Below, piece after piece: positions 1 through 9,922 of a stretch of 64,000 nt of DNA. The stretch covers positions 334,922 through 398,921 of the forward strand of contig CAYOOP010000001.1 in NCBI GenBank assembly GCA_964405685.1, given 5' to 3'. Under the pieces are notes generated by a model. The model ran no database searches and had not been told where the DNA came from. It saw only the letters and a list, made by a program, of their open reading frames with translations. Made by a program: the position numbers and the translations under genes. The DNA is from an uncultured Rickettsiales bacterium (GTDB lineage Bacteria; Pseudomonadota; Alphaproteobacteria; Rickettsiales; SXRF01). The first letter of the stretch is position 1, and each line of letters begins with the position of its first letter.

Positions 1-2
1 TG

Positions 3-125
3 AAGGCAACGGGCGTGCACCCCGCCCTGCCTGCGCATTTAAGCGATTTGTTCGAGCGCACAGAGCGGTTTGAGATTATTGAAGCCAATATCGAAACAAT
101 AAAGCAAAAGATCCATGACTTATAA
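3..125 (+). CDS. thrC: threonine synthase, C-terminal fragment (gene begins upstream of window)
   Basis: Frame 3 is open from the window edge to TAA at 123-125 and reads KATGVHPALPAHLSDLFERTERFEIIEANIETIKQKIHDL. From memory this resembles the conserved ThrC C-terminus. Only 40 aa are visible. Confidence 0.45.
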   Translation, partial: KATGVHPALPAHLSDLFERTERFEIIEANIETIKQKIHDL

Positions 126-1326
126 ACTAACAACCCTGCCCAACGGTTTGCGTGTAGCTACCGAATCGCTTCCAGGATTTGAGAGCGTGGCACTCAGCAT
201 TTCGATTAAGGTGGGTGCGCGTTATGAAACGGAAGGCGAATGCGGCCTTTCACATATTTTGGAACACATGGCGTTTAAAGGCACTACTACTCGCACTGCC
301 CGCGAAATCGCCGAACAGTTTGATGCGATTGGTGGCCACTTCAACGCCTATACATCGATGGAACACACGGTCTATTACGCAAAAGTACTGGCTGAGCATG
401 TGCCGATAGCGCTCGATATTTTGATGGATATTCTCGAACACTCAACCCACGACGCTGAGGAACTGAAGCGCGAGCAGGACGTCATCGTGCAGGAAATCGG
501 CATGAATGTGGATTCGCCGGAGGATTTTGTTACCGAGTTGTTTGATCAAACCGCCTTCCCCAACCAGCCCATGGGCCGTTCCATTTTGGGAACCGCCGCG
601 CAGGTGATGAGCTATACACGCCATCACGTCATTGATTATCAAACCAAGCACTACGTACCTTCGCGTATGGTGATCTCCGCCGCCGGCAAGGTGGACCATG
701 AGATGTTGGTGGATTACGTTTCGAAATTCATTCCGGATCCGAAACATGCGGAACAACACCAAGCCGCCGCCGCAAATTACAAGGGCGGCGAAATCACCGT
801 GAAAAAGGATCTGGAACAAACCCATATCCTGCTGGGAATGCGGGCCCTGCCCGCTAGCGATGACCACATTTATGCACTCAACCTCCTCACCTCCATTTTA
901 GGCGGCGGCATGTCGTCGCGCCTGTTTCAGGAAATCCGCGAGAAACGTGGGCTGGTCTATCACGTCAGCGCTCAAAGCGCGGCCTATGCAGACACCGGCA
1001 TGCTCTCCATGTATGCTGCGACCGAGCGCAGCAAAGCCCGTGACGCCGCCAAGCTTATGCGTGCTGAATTTGAACGCTTAAGCAGTGATGTCACTGAGGA
1101 GGAACTAGAGCGTGCCAAAGCACAGCAACGCTCCGAACTCATTATGTCCCGCGAGAATCCGGCAACCATTGCCGCGTGGATCGGCCGCCATTTGCTCATC
1201 CACGGCGAATACCGCCCGTTGCCTGTGTTACTCAAACGTATCGATGCGGTACAGATTTCTGACATCAAGCATCTGATTGAGACACTAGCGGTGAGTCCGC
1301 AGACTTCAGCAATGCTTGGCAATTAA
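115..1326 (+). CDS. M16 family zinc metallopeptidase (processing-peptidase-like)
   Basis: 403 aa with the inverted zinc motif HxxEH (HILEHMAFKG) near the N-terminus. ATG at 115 overlaps the thrC end by 11 nt. Confidence 0.85.
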   Translation: MTYKLTTLPNGLRVATESLPGFESVALSISIKVGARYETEGECGLSHILEHMAFKGTTTRTAREIAEQFDAIGGHFNAYTSMEHTVYYAKVLAEHVPIALDILMDILEHSTHDAEELKREQDVIVQEIGMNVDSPEDFVTELFDQTAFPNQPMGRSILGTAAQVMSYTRHHVIDYQTKHYVPSRMVISAAGKVDHEMLVDYVSKFIPDPKHAEQHQAAAANYKGGEITVKKDLEQTHILLGMRALPASDDHIYALNLLTSILGGGMSSRLFQEIREKRGLVYHVSAQSAAYADTGMLSMYAATERSKARDAAKLMRAEFERLSSDVTEEELERAKAQQRSELIMSRENPATIAAWIGRHLLIHGEYRPLPVLLKRIDAVQISDIKHLIETLAVSPQTSAMLGN

Positions 1327-2588
1327 AGCCCACTGGAGCCAATATCCCGCCTGCAAAAACCCTCCGGCCAATCAATAACATCTACGGCTTTATAAGCGCT
1401 TATCTGCGCTTCTTTCAGTGTTTGGCCAGTAGCACACACACCAAGCACACGGCCGCCATTGGCTACGATCTTGCCGTCCATGACTTCCGTGCCGGCATGA
1501 AACACGGTGGTGCGCGAGATGGTGCTCGTAGCATCCAGGTTTTTGATTTCCGTACCCTTCGCATAGTCACCCGGATAACCCTTTGCCGCCATAACAACAC
1601 AAACAGCAGCATCGGGCGTAAAAGAAATCTGCGCTTCTGCAAGCCTGCCGATGGCAGCGAAATAGAGGAGTTGCAACAGGTCGCTGGTCAAACGCAATAA
1701 CATCACTTGTGTTTCCGGGTCGCCAAAGCGGGTGTTGTATTCAATCAGCTTGGGGCCGGTTGGAGTTAGCATGAGGCCTGCGAACAACACGCCGGTAAAG
1801 GGTGTGCCTTCGGCTTTCATGCCGTCGATCGAGGGAATCACGATTTCTTCCATCACGCGCTTGCGCACGGCTTCCGTTGCAAACGGCGAAGGCGAATAGG
1901 TGCCCATGCCGCCGGTGTTCGGGCCTTGGTCGCCGTCGAAGGCGCGTTTGTGATCCTGCGCGCTCGCGAATTCGCGCACGGTGACGCCATCGCTGATGGC
2001 AAAAAAACTAAGCTCGGTGCCTTGCAGAAATTCCTCAATCACCACTTTTTTGCCCGCATCGCCAAAGGCACCTGCGAACATGGAGGTGATGGCTGCTTCC
2101 GCCTGTTCATAGTTCTCAGCGATCACCACGCCCTTACCTGCCGCCAACCCATCGGCCTTTATCACCAGCGGATAGCTCTGGGTTTTGGCATAGGTGATGG
2201 CGGGAGCAGCTTCGGTGAATGTGCGATAGACCGCCGTTGGGATTTTGTATTTGTCGCACAGGGCTTTAGTGAAGTCTTTGGAGCCTTCAAGCTGTGCGGC
2301 GGCTTTGGAGGGGCCAAAAGTAGCGATACCAGCGTTTTTAAGCACATCCGCGAGGCCATCCACGAGCGGTTGTTCGGGGCCAATCACCACTAAATCGATA
2401 GATTTTTCTTTGCAAAACGCGAGGGTTGCGGCAGCGTCCGCCAGATTTATACGCGTCGCGACATTTGCAATCCCGGCATTGCCGGGGGCACAATAAAGCG
2501 CAGCACACAGTGGTGACGCCTTAATCTTACTGCATAGCGCATGTTCACGCCCACCGGAGCCGATTACCAGTACGTTTAGTCTCTTCAT
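1323..2588 (-). CDS. purD: phosphoribosylamine-glycine ligase
   Basis: The supplied 531-aa ORF has a spurious N-terminal extension. The real start is most likely the ATG at 2588 (MKRLNVLVIGSGGREHAL, a typical PurD N-terminus), alternatively 2603. ATP-grasp body continues to the stop at 1323. Confidence 0.9.
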   Translation of the reverse strand: MKRLNVLVIGSGGREHALCSKIKASPLCAALYCAPGNAGIANVATRINLADAAATLAFCKEKSIDLVVIGPEQPLVDGLADVLKNAGIATFGPSKAAAQLEGSKDFTKALCDKYKIPTAVYRTFTEAAPAITYAKTQSYPLVIKADGLAAGKGVVIAENYEQAEAAITSMFAGAFGDAGKKVVIEEFLQGTELSFFAISDGVTVREFASAQDHKRAFDGDQGPNTGGMGTYSPSPFATEAVRKRVMEEIVIPSIDGMKAEGTPFTGVLFAGLMLTPTGPKLIEYNTRFGDPETQVMLLRLTSDLLQLLYFAAIGRLAEAQISFTPDAAVCVVMAAKGYPGDYAKGTEIKNLDATSTISRTTVFHAGTEVMDGKIVANGGRVLGVCATGQTLKEAQISAYKAVDVIDWPEGFCRRDIGSSGL

Positions 2589-2621
2589 TGCGCTCCTTTT
2601 CATTTTGGCTATGATAATCCT

Positions 2622-3962
2622 ATGCCAGAACTCGCGCCAACACACAACCTGCCAGAGTATAAAGTCAGCGAAATTAGCCAGGCGATTAAACAATCGGTCG
2701 AGGATCGCTTCGGCTATGTGCGCGTTCGGGGGGAGGTTTCCGGGTGGAAAATTCCCGCCTCCGGCCACGCCTATTTTAGACTGAAAGACGATGCGGCAGT
2801 GCTCGATGCCGTGTGCTGGAGGGGCACCGTAGGTAAGCTCGGCTTTAAGCCGGAGGATGGGCTGGAAGTGGTGATCAGCGGGCGGATTACAACCTATCCC
2901 GGGAAATCCTCCTACCAAATCATCGCCGAGCGCATTGAACCTGCAGGTGCTGGTGCGTTGATGGCGATTTTAGAAGAACGCCGGAAAAAGCTGGCTGCTG
3001 AAGGCCTGTTTGACGCCAGCCGCAAAAAACCCCTGCCCTTTTTGCCGAAAACCATTGGTGTGGTGACCTCGCCGACCGGGGCGGTGATTCGCGATATTCT
3101 GCACCGTATTGCCGACCGTTTTCCGTGCCATATCATTGTCTGGCCGGTGGCGGTGCAAGGTGAGGGCGCGGCAGAACAAATTGCGGCAGCAATCAAGCAG
3201 TGCAATGAGTTTTCAGGAGAAGCTGCTGGGAGCATTGATGTCATTATCGTTGCACGCGGCGGCGGGTCGATTGAGGATTTATGGGCGTTTAATGAAGAGA
3301 TTGTGGTGCGTGCGGCAGCGGCGTCCGCCATACCCATCATCTCCGCCGTCGGCCATGAAACGGATACGACCTTGATTGATTTCGTCGCTGACAAGCGCGC
3401 GCCAACACCCAGCGCGGCTGCTGAAATGGCGGTGCCGGTCAAAAGCGAACTTGTGTTGTTGTTGAACAAGCTAGGCTTGCGGCAACAGGAAGCTATATCT
3501 CGCAGCCTGATGCAAAAAGCAGAGCGCCTTGCTGCACATACACGTTTGCTACCACGCTTGCCACAATTGCTCGATGGGGCGACTCAGAGGCTCGATGATT
3601 TAGGCGAGCGCCTGCGCGGCGGATTACCGTTGTTGCTGATGCGCAAAAGTGAAAAGCTGACGCATGTCACCGCACGGCTTTCGCCGGGTGTATTGCTCAA
3701 ACGGTTAGATGACTTGCAAATGCGCATCAACGTGGGACATGAGCGTCTGATTAAACAACCCGAGCGGGTGTTTATGCGCGCGCATGAGCGTTTGCAGCTG
3801 ACCATGCGCCTGCTTGAGTCCATGAATGTGACGCATGTACTGAAGCGTGGTTTTGTGCTCGTAAAAGACGCGGCTGGAAAACCAATTACTTCTGCTCAGG
3901 CCGCGAGCGGCGAACTAACGCTTATTTGGAGCGACGGGCAGAAGAAGGCACGTGTGCACTAA
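2622..3962 (+). CDS. xseA: exodeoxyribonuclease VII large subunit
   Basis: 446 aa. N-terminal OB-fold region (VSEISQAIKQSVEDRFGYVRVRGEVSGW), a catalytic core, and a long C-terminal coiled region typical of XseA. Confidence 0.9.
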   Translation: MPELAPTHNLPEYKVSEISQAIKQSVEDRFGYVRVRGEVSGWKIPASGHAYFRLKDDAAVLDAVCWRGTVGKLGFKPEDGLEVVISGRITTYPGKSSYQIIAERIEPAGAGALMAILEERRKKLAAEGLFDASRKKPLPFLPKTIGVVTSPTGAVIRDILHRIADRFPCHIIVWPVAVQGEGAAEQIAAAIKQCNEFSGEAAGSIDVIIVARGGGSIEDLWAFNEEIVVRAAAASAIPIISAVGHETDTTLIDFVADKRAPTPSAAAEMAVPVKSELVLLLNKLGLRQQEAISRSLMQKAERLAAHTRLLPRLPQLLDGATQRLDDLGERLRGGLPLLLMRKSEKLTHVTARLSPGVLLKRLDDLQMRINVGHERLIKQPERVFMRAHERLQLTMRLLESMNVTHVLKRGFVLVKDAAGKPITSAQAASGELTLIWSDGQKKARVH

Positions 3963-4890
3963 GCCAGCGCTCAAACACTACGCTGTCTTCAAACGCGAAA
4001 TTAAGCGCCACCGGCACCACGTGCGATTTGAGTTCTTCGGGTAGACGCACCCAATCTTTTTCAGTGGTCACCAGCGGCATGTTTTCGTGCTCGGCCTTAG
4101 CAAGCAGCGCGCGTATTTCCACATTCGTAAACACATGATGATCAGCAAAAGCTGTAAATGCTGCAACCTCAACGCCTGCTTTTTTTAGCCCTTCACAAAA
4201 CAGTTCTGGGCGAGCAATACCTGCAAAGGCGGCCACTTTTTTAACATCCTCCGGAAGTGCCAATTTCGTGACCGCGGTAAAAAGCGGCAGCGAAATAGAG
4301 AGGTTCGGTCTAGCGGGCGGATCCACCCATACGACTGCTTGTGCACGCTTCAGCGCCGCTTTCAACGATTCACGCAGTGGCCCCGCAGGAATTAAGCGGC
4401 CGTTGCCAAGCGGCATATCACCTTTAAGCACAAGCAGGTTTAAATCTTTGGCAACGGATGGGTTTTGAAATCCATCGTCCAAAATGGCAAGCAGCGCGCC
4501 TTTGGCAACAGCCAGCCGTATGGATTCAAAACGATTGGGGCTAACAATGGTGGGGAGTACGCTTGCCAGCAGCAAGGACTCATCCCCCACATCCCCAGCG
4601 CTATGTTGTGGGGTGACGAGCATGGGGCGTTGCAGCTTGGCGCCATAGCCGCGGCTAATGAAAAAGGCTTGAATATTTTGCGCCTTGCACCATGCACCAA
4701 GCGCAAGTGCGACGGGTGTTTTTCCGCCACCACCTGCCACCACATTGCCAATGCAGATGACTGGAATGGCAGCTTTTTTAGGCGTCGTTGTACGGGCACG
4801 TAAGCGGCTTGCAAAACCATACATCCACCCCAGCGGCGCAAGCAAAACGCCGACGATGCTTTTGCGATACCACCAGCAAGGGGTTTTCAT
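3922..4890 (-). CDS. lpxK: tetraacyldisaccharide 4'-kinase
   Basis: 322 aa with P-loop GNVVAGGGGKTP and an N-terminal membrane anchor. Last gene of the msbA-waaA-lpxK string. Its 3' end overlaps the xseA 3' end convergently by 41 nt. Confidence 0.9.
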   Translation of the reverse strand: MKTPCWWYRKSIVGVLLAPLGWMYGFASRLRARTTTPKKAAIPVICIGNVVAGGGGKTPVALALGAWCKAQNIQAFFISRGYGAKLQRPMLVTPQHSAGDVGDESLLLASVLPTIVSPNRFESIRLAVAKGALLAILDDGFQNPSVAKDLNLLVLKGDMPLGNGRLIPAGPLRESLKAALKRAQAVVWVDPPARPNLSISLPLFTAVTKLALPEDVKKVAAFAGIARPELFCEGLKKAGVEVAAFTAFADHHVFTNVEIRALLAKAEHENMPLVTTEKDWVRLPEELKSHVVPVALNFAFEDSVVFERWLSAHVPSSARRSK

Positions 4891-6161
4891 GCACCCTCCA
4901 AAATGGGTTGAAGGGTTTTGAGCAGGCTTTCAGCAACTGGCGGCTTGGCAGCGAGCCACACTTGCGCCTGGGTGCTGATTTCTTTTGGAAGTGCAGGGTG
5001 TATAAGCCAGTTGTGGATGGTGGCAGCAAGCTGTGTTTCATCCGCCACTTCAGCGCATGCGCCTGCAGCCAAGAGTTCGCGGCGGATGATATCGAAATTA
5101 AACATGTGCGGCCCAAACATCACGGGCACACCAAGACGGATGGCCTCTAGCGGATTTTGACCGCCGTGGGGAACGAGTGAGCCGCCGATGAAGGCGAGGC
5201 TTCCTAAGCGATACCATAACCCCAACTCCCCAATCGTATCGGCGATATAAACATCGGTGGCTTCGGTGATCAGCTCAGCAAGTGTGCGCCGCGCGGTAGT
5301 GAGTGGAAATGCGCCGATGGCTGCTTCCATTTCCTTGCCGCGCTCGGGATGACGGGGAATAAGAATCGTAAGCAGATTGGGATGTTGGGGCTTCAGTGCT
5401 TGTAACGTCTTAGCCAGTAGCGTTTCTTCACCCGGATGCAGACTTGCCGCTACCAAAACGGGGCGGGCAGCGAGCAAGGTTTTGAGTTTCGCGAATTCAC
5501 CTTCTTCGGCAGGCAGGGCCGGTGCATCGTGCTTCAAATTGCCAACGCATGCAACGGGTCGGTGTGCGAGGGCTTCGTACCGTAGCCGATCAGCTTCGTT
5601 TTGCGCGACGATAATTGTAAAGGCAGAGAGCAGTTCTCGAATCGCATCCGGCGCATAACCCCAATTGCGAAGCGAAGTTTCCGACATGCGCGCATTGACA
5701 AGCGCGAGTGGTACGCTGCGCTTCTTCGCTTCCATCAGCATATTGGGCCAGAGTTCGGACTCGAGAAAAATACCGGCACTCGGTTGCCAATGATCGAAGA
5801 AATTTGCAATCGCCTGCGGCGTATCCACCGGTACGAATTGGTGGATGGCATCTTGGGGCAATTTGGTGGCAAGCAAACGCGCGGAGGTTAGCGTGCCGGT
5901 TGTAAACAGTAGTGTTGCATTGGGGTGGTCCGTTTTCAACAGTTGCAAAAAATGCAGCGCGCTTAAAGCCTCGCCAATGCTTGCGGCATGAAACCAAAAA
6001 AGCGGCCCCGGTGGACGAGCAACGCTCGCGTGTCCAAAGCGCTCCTGCAGGCGCGCAGTATCTTCCTTGCCCTTATGCATACGCCAACGAATATGCGTAT
6101 GCACGAACGGCGCAAGCACACGGGTAATGTGTGCATATAGCGTAATCGTGCGCGTCGTCAC
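4887..6161 (-). CDS. waaA: 3-deoxy-D-manno-octulosonic acid (Kdo) transferase
   Basis: 424 aa with FHAASIGEALSA, the typical Kdo-transferase N-domain motif, and a GT-B C-domain. 4-nt overlaps with both neighbours. Confidence 0.9.
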   Translation of the reverse strand: MTTRTITLYAHITRVLAPFVHTHIRWRMHKGKEDTARLQERFGHASVARPPGPLFWFHAASIGEALSALHFLQLLKTDHPNATLLFTTGTLTSARLLATKLPQDAIHQFVPVDTPQAIANFFDHWQPSAGIFLESELWPNMLMEAKKRSVPLALVNARMSETSLRNWGYAPDAIRELLSAFTIIVAQNEADRLRYEALAHRPVACVGNLKHDAPALPAEEGEFAKLKTLLAARPVLVAASLHPGEETLLAKTLQALKPQHPNLLTILIPRHPERGKEMEAAIGAFPLTTARRTLAELITEATDVYIADTIGELGLWYRLGSLAFIGGSLVPHGGQNPLEAIRLGVPVMFGPHMFNFDIIRRELLAAGACAEVADETQLAATIHNWLIHPALPKEISTQAQVWLAAKPPVAESLLKTLQPILEGA

Positions 6162-7918
6162 ATTACCCCGCTGGCAGCGTTGATGGCGTACAGCCGCGCA
6201 TAGGCACCCTGTGTGGCAAGCAGCTCGGTGTGCGAACCACTTTCAACCACCCGGCCATTTTCGAGCACGTAAATAACATCGGCGTGTTGAATGGTGGAAA
6301 GGCGATGGGCGATGACGAGTGTGGTGCGGCCTTGCATCAGGGTTTTAAGGGCTTCTTGCACTGCGCGTTCCGACGCGTTGTCGAGTGCACTCGTGGCTTC
6401 ATCAAGCAGCAAAATTGGTGCGTTTTTAAGCATGGCGCGGGCAATCGCCAAACGCTGCCGCTGGCCGCCTGAAAGCCGCGCACCGGCGGCACCGATCATC
6501 GTGTCATACCCTTGGGGCAGCACGCGGATAAATTCATCCGCAGCGGCTGCTTGTGCGGCGGCGATAATTTCTTCCTCGCTAGCACCGCGTTTTCCGTAGG
6601 CGATATTGGCGCGCGCCGTATCATCAAACAAAATCGTTTCTTGCGGCACAAAGGCCATGGACTCGCGCAACGACCTCAGCGTCACCTCGCGAATATCTTG
6701 CCCGTCAATGGTAATGCGGCCTTGTTGTGCGTCATAAAACCGCATCAACATTTGCATGAGGGTTGATTTTCCACCCCCCGATAAACCGACCAGTGCGGCG
6801 GTTTTTCCGGATGGGATGGTGATGGATACACCCTCCACCCCACCGCCTTTTTCGCCGTAGTGGAACGATACGTTTTCAAATGCCACTTCACCGCGAGAGA
6901 CGGTTAATGGTATAGCCGCAGGTGTATCTTCAATAGCAGGCGGTGCATCGAGCACATCAAACAATCGGTTGGCCGCGGCCATACCTTCTTGGAAAACACC
7001 GGTCAACCCAGTCATGGTTTTAAGGGGGCGGTAGGCCATAATAAAGGCGGCGATAAAGGAGAAAAATGCTCCCGGGGTGACTTCGCCACCCACCACTTGT
7101 TTGCCGCCAAAATAAATCACCAATGCAATCACCAAACCGCTGATGATTTCCATCATTGGCGCAGCGGCCACTTGAATGCGGATTGCTTTAAAATAAAGTT
7201 TAAACAAGCGCTCAATCGTGGTGGTCGCGCGCGCCACTTCATAGTCTTCGGCTGTGTAGGATTTGACGGTGCGCACGCCTTGGAAAATATCGTCCAGCTG
7301 CGCGGTAAACTCTCCGAGTTGATGCTGGGTTTGGTCCGACACGCGGCGCATTTTTTTGCTCCAGCGAATCAATAAATAAAGCGGCACTGGGAATGCGAAG
7401 AAGGTAATCATCGTAAGCTCAGGGCTTTGGTAAATCATCACCCCAATTAGGGCCACCATGGTGATAAATTCTTTGGCAATACCTGTAAGCGTGCTGGAGA
7501 CGGCGCTGCGCATCATTTGAATATCGTTAGTAAAGCGCGAGATGAGGCGGCCGGAGGATTGATCCGTAAAAAGCTGCACATCACTTTTCATCAGGTGTGA
7601 AAACAGCGCAAGCTGCATATCGGCAATAATGCGCTGGCCAACGAAGCGCATAAAAAGATTTTGGCCATAATTGCCAATGCCGCTTAAGAACGCAATGCCA
7701 AGCACTAGCAGCGGGATGACCAATAGCTTGTCTGCACGCTTGTTGATGAAAATATCATCGAGCACCGGCTTCATCATATAGGCATTGGCACCGGTCATCG
7801 CCCCGGCCAATGCCATGCACAAAATCGCAAGGATGATGTGCCGTTTATAGGACGCAATGTATTCCCGCATTAAACGCTGCAGCAGTGCTTTGGTTGAGCG
7901 GCGAGTATGATGGATCAT
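6158..7918 (-). CDS. msbA: ABC transporter permease/ATPase fusion, lipid A export MsbA-like
   Basis: 586 aa. Six-helix TMD followed by an NBD with Walker A GLSGGGKST, signature LSGGQRQR and Walker B ILLLDEATSALD. Context with waaA and lpxK. Confidence 0.85.
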   Translation of the reverse strand: MIHHTRRSTKALLQRLMREYIASYKRHIILAILCMALAGAMTGANAYMMKPVLDDIFINKRADKLLVIPLLVLGIAFLSGIGNYGQNLFMRFVGQRIIADMQLALFSHLMKSDVQLFTDQSSGRLISRFTNDIQMMRSAVSSTLTGIAKEFITMVALIGVMIYQSPELTMITFFAFPVPLYLLIRWSKKMRRVSDQTQHQLGEFTAQLDDIFQGVRTVKSYTAEDYEVARATTTIERLFKLYFKAIRIQVAAAPMMEIISGLVIALVIYFGGKQVVGGEVTPGAFFSFIAAFIMAYRPLKTMTGLTGVFQEGMAAANRLFDVLDAPPAIEDTPAAIPLTVSRGEVAFENVSFHYGEKGGGVEGVSITIPSGKTAALVGLSGGGKSTLMQMLMRFYDAQQGRITIDGQDIREVTLRSLRESMAFVPQETILFDDTARANIAYGKRGASEEEIIAAAQAAAADEFIRVLPQGYDTMIGAAGARLSGGQRQRLAIARAMLKNAPILLLDEATSALDNASERAVQEALKTLMQGRTTLVIAHRLSTIQHADVIYVLENGRVVESGSHTELLATQGAYARLYAINAASGVM

Positions 7919-8769
7919 GGCAATTGGCGCTCAGCGTTGGTGGTGAAAGAACTACGCGTGTAATAACGCACACGGTCATCGTAGCTGTTAAGCAGTGCGC
8001 CCAATTTGGGGGCAGGAACCATCGCCCAAAAAGGAGCGCCGACGCTGCCGGTACTGTTAGCAGTGGCGCTGGTACATTTGCAATTGTCGAGTTCATTGAG
8101 GTTAGTAACACCCACGTTATAGCGCGGCACGGCGGTGCTGGTGCCGCTGGCGCGCGGGTACGCCCCATGGCCGTTGGGACCGTGGCTGACAATCACAGCG
8201 ATACCATTGCTAGTGCGAATGGATGTTGTGCCAGTGGACCATTGACTATCTTTGATGATGATGCTCCCAAGGGTCGTGCCACTTGCCGCACCGTGTACGA
8301 CATCGGATAAGGGATAGGTCACGCTTAAGGCACGGGTTCCGGTTGCCCGTGGATCGACCACATAGGTGAACGAGCGGTCCCAAGCATCAAAGCCGTAGTC
8401 ATCCGGCAAGCCCAAGGTCCGGGTGGGCACCAAACCCATGATGATGTTGCTCGCAGGGCCATACGTGCCCCCGGGAGAGGTGCACGTGCCTGCCGCTGTG
8501 TTTTCTAACCCATAGGAAGCATTGTCTGTAGCATAACCGCGGGGGGCGGGGCATGGCAGCCGATTATTCACTTCGACAAATTTCTGGAGGGCAGCCTCAA
8601 TTTGATCCATACGAAAATTCAGCTCTTTATTACGCCGGCGCTCCTGTTCTTGGGTCATCAACGGCAACATGGCCGCAATCATTAGAGCCACAATCGCAAC
8701 GACAATGGAAAGTTCAAGTAACGTAAAACCGGACACGGTCGTAAAGCGGCGTTGTATTCGTACAAACAT
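7915..8769 (-). CDS. prepilin-type N-terminal cleavage/methylation domain protein (pilin/pseudopilin-like, large)
   Basis: Class III signal MFVRIQRRFTTVSG|FTLLELSIVVAIVALMIAAM, with Gly-1, Phe+1 and Glu+5. Start taken at ATG 8769; the ORF extends to 8796. Four Cys residues. The body contains LGLPDDYGFDAWDRSFTY, reminiscent of the pseudopilin DPWG motif. Stop overlaps the msbA start by 4 nt. Confidence 0.75.
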   Translation of the reverse strand: MFVRIQRRFTTVSGFTLLELSIVVAIVALMIAAMLPLMTQEQERRRNKELNFRMDQIEAALQKFVEVNNRLPCPAPRGYATDNASYGLENTAAGTCTSPGGTYGPASNIIMGLVPTRTLGLPDDYGFDAWDRSFTYVVDPRATGTRALSVTYPLSDVVHGAASGTTLGSIIIKDSQWSTGTTSIRTSNGIAVIVSHGPNGHGAYPRASGTSTAVPRYNVGVTNLNELDNCKCTSATANSTGSVGAPFWAMVPAPKLGALLNSYDDRVRYYTRSSFTTNAERQLP

Positions 8770-8810
8770 GGCGCTAATATAACAGGATAATTCCATGAGA
8801 CAACAAGCGT

Positions 8811-9662
8811 ATGGACACCAATAGTTTCTTAAATCACCTACAGTTAGGGCTTGCCGATCTTGGCGGGCTCACCGTTCATATTGGCAAATTAAACGTCTCG
8901 ATTACCGATGTGCTGCAAGGCATTTTTGTGCTGATTGCCGTGTTTTGGGGTGCGGGACGGCTGACCAAAAACCTCGAGATGCACATTCGGCATGACAGCC
9001 ATTTGAGCTATAATGTGCGTGAGTTGCTAATCAAATTCCTCAGGCTCACTGTTTATTTTATTGCGCTGGTGATAGGCCTAAGTGTGGTCGGCATCGATAT
9101 CACTGCCTTCGCGGTATTCGGCGGTGCGCTCGGTGTGGGTTTAGGTCTGGGCTTGCAAAAAATCACGGCCAACTTCGTCTCAGGCGTCACGCTTTTGCTT
9201 GAAAAATCGGTCAAGCTTGGTGATTTTATCCAGATTGGTAATGATGTACAGGGGTTCGTTCGTGCACTCAACATCCGCTACACGCTGATTGAAACTGCGA
9301 AAGGCACGGAGATTTTAATCCCGAACGAAACGCTGACCACCAGCAATGTCATCAACTGGACGTTGTCGAACAGCAAAGGCCGCATCGAGATTACGTTTAC
9401 CGTGCCCTATGAGGCCAATGCCAAGCAAGTGCGTACACTGGCGCTACAGGCGGCGCGCGAACATCGGCGCTGTTTGAAGGAACCCGAAACCAAGTGTTTC
9501 TTGCGCAATTTCCGTGATTTGGGCGTGGAATACATGCTGGTCTTTTGGGTCGCGGACGTGGCTGACGGCATGCTTACCCCACAAAGCGAGGTGATGGAGC
9601 GGATCGCGAGCTTGTTTGCTGAAAACAATATTCCTTTTGCCCAAGTACCTGTGCGCACGTAA
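8811..9662 (+). CDS. mechanosensitive ion channel family protein (MscS-like)
   Basis: 283 aa with three N-terminal TM helices and then the MscS beta-domain pattern ([26 protein letters not shown]...IPNETL). Confidence 0.8.
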   Translation: MDTNSFLNHLQLGLADLGGLTVHIGKLNVSITDVLQGIFVLIAVFWGAGRLTKNLEMHIRHDSHLSYNVRELLIKFLRLTVYFIALVIGLSVVGIDITAFAVFGGALGVGLGLGLQKITANFVSGVTLLLEKSVKLGDFIQIGNDVQGFVRALNIRYTLIETAKGTEILIPNETLTTSNVINWTLSNSKGRIEITFTVPYEANAKQVRTLALQAAREHRRCLKEPETKCFLRNFRDLGVEYMLVFWVADVADGMLTPQSEVMERIASLFAENNIPFAQVPVRT

Positions 9663-9703
9663 ATCACTGGACAATGGGGTCATTTGGGGCTATGCGGCTG
9701 GCT

Positions 9704-9922
9704 ATGGCAAAAGAAGAGCTACTTGAATTCTCCGGCACCGTAACCGAACTTCTCCCCAACGCAACGTTTCGGGTGAAGCTTGAAAATGGCCACATCATCA
9801 TCGCGCACACCTCCGGCAAAATGCGTAAAAACCGCATCCGCGTGCTGGCTGGCGATAAGGTCGTGGTTGAAATGACGCCATACGACCTCACCAAAGGCCG
9901 CGTAAAATTCCGCGAGAAGTGA
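9704..9922 (+). CDS. infA: translation initiation factor IF-1
   Basis: Starting at ATG 9704 gives a 72-aa protein: [72 protein letters not shown]. This is a near-canonical IF-1 S1 domain. Confidence 0.95.
   Translation: MAKEELLEFSGTVTELLPNATFRVKLENGHIIIAHTSGKMRKNRIRVLAGDKVVVEMTPYDLTKGRVKFREK

Noticed and set aside
2589-2621. A leaderless-mRNA promoter for xseA in the 33-bp purD/xseA divergent gap (TATGAT at 2610-2615, 6 nt before the ATG).
   Set aside because: The -10 element is plausible, but the -35 (TTGCGC) is poor and the evidence is purely positional. It is not strong enough to annotate.
2589-2918. A 110-codon N-terminal extension of the purD ORF that overlaps xseA.
   Set aside because: The canonical PurD N-terminus begins at ATG 2588. 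The extension is antisense to the well-supported xseA coding sequence.
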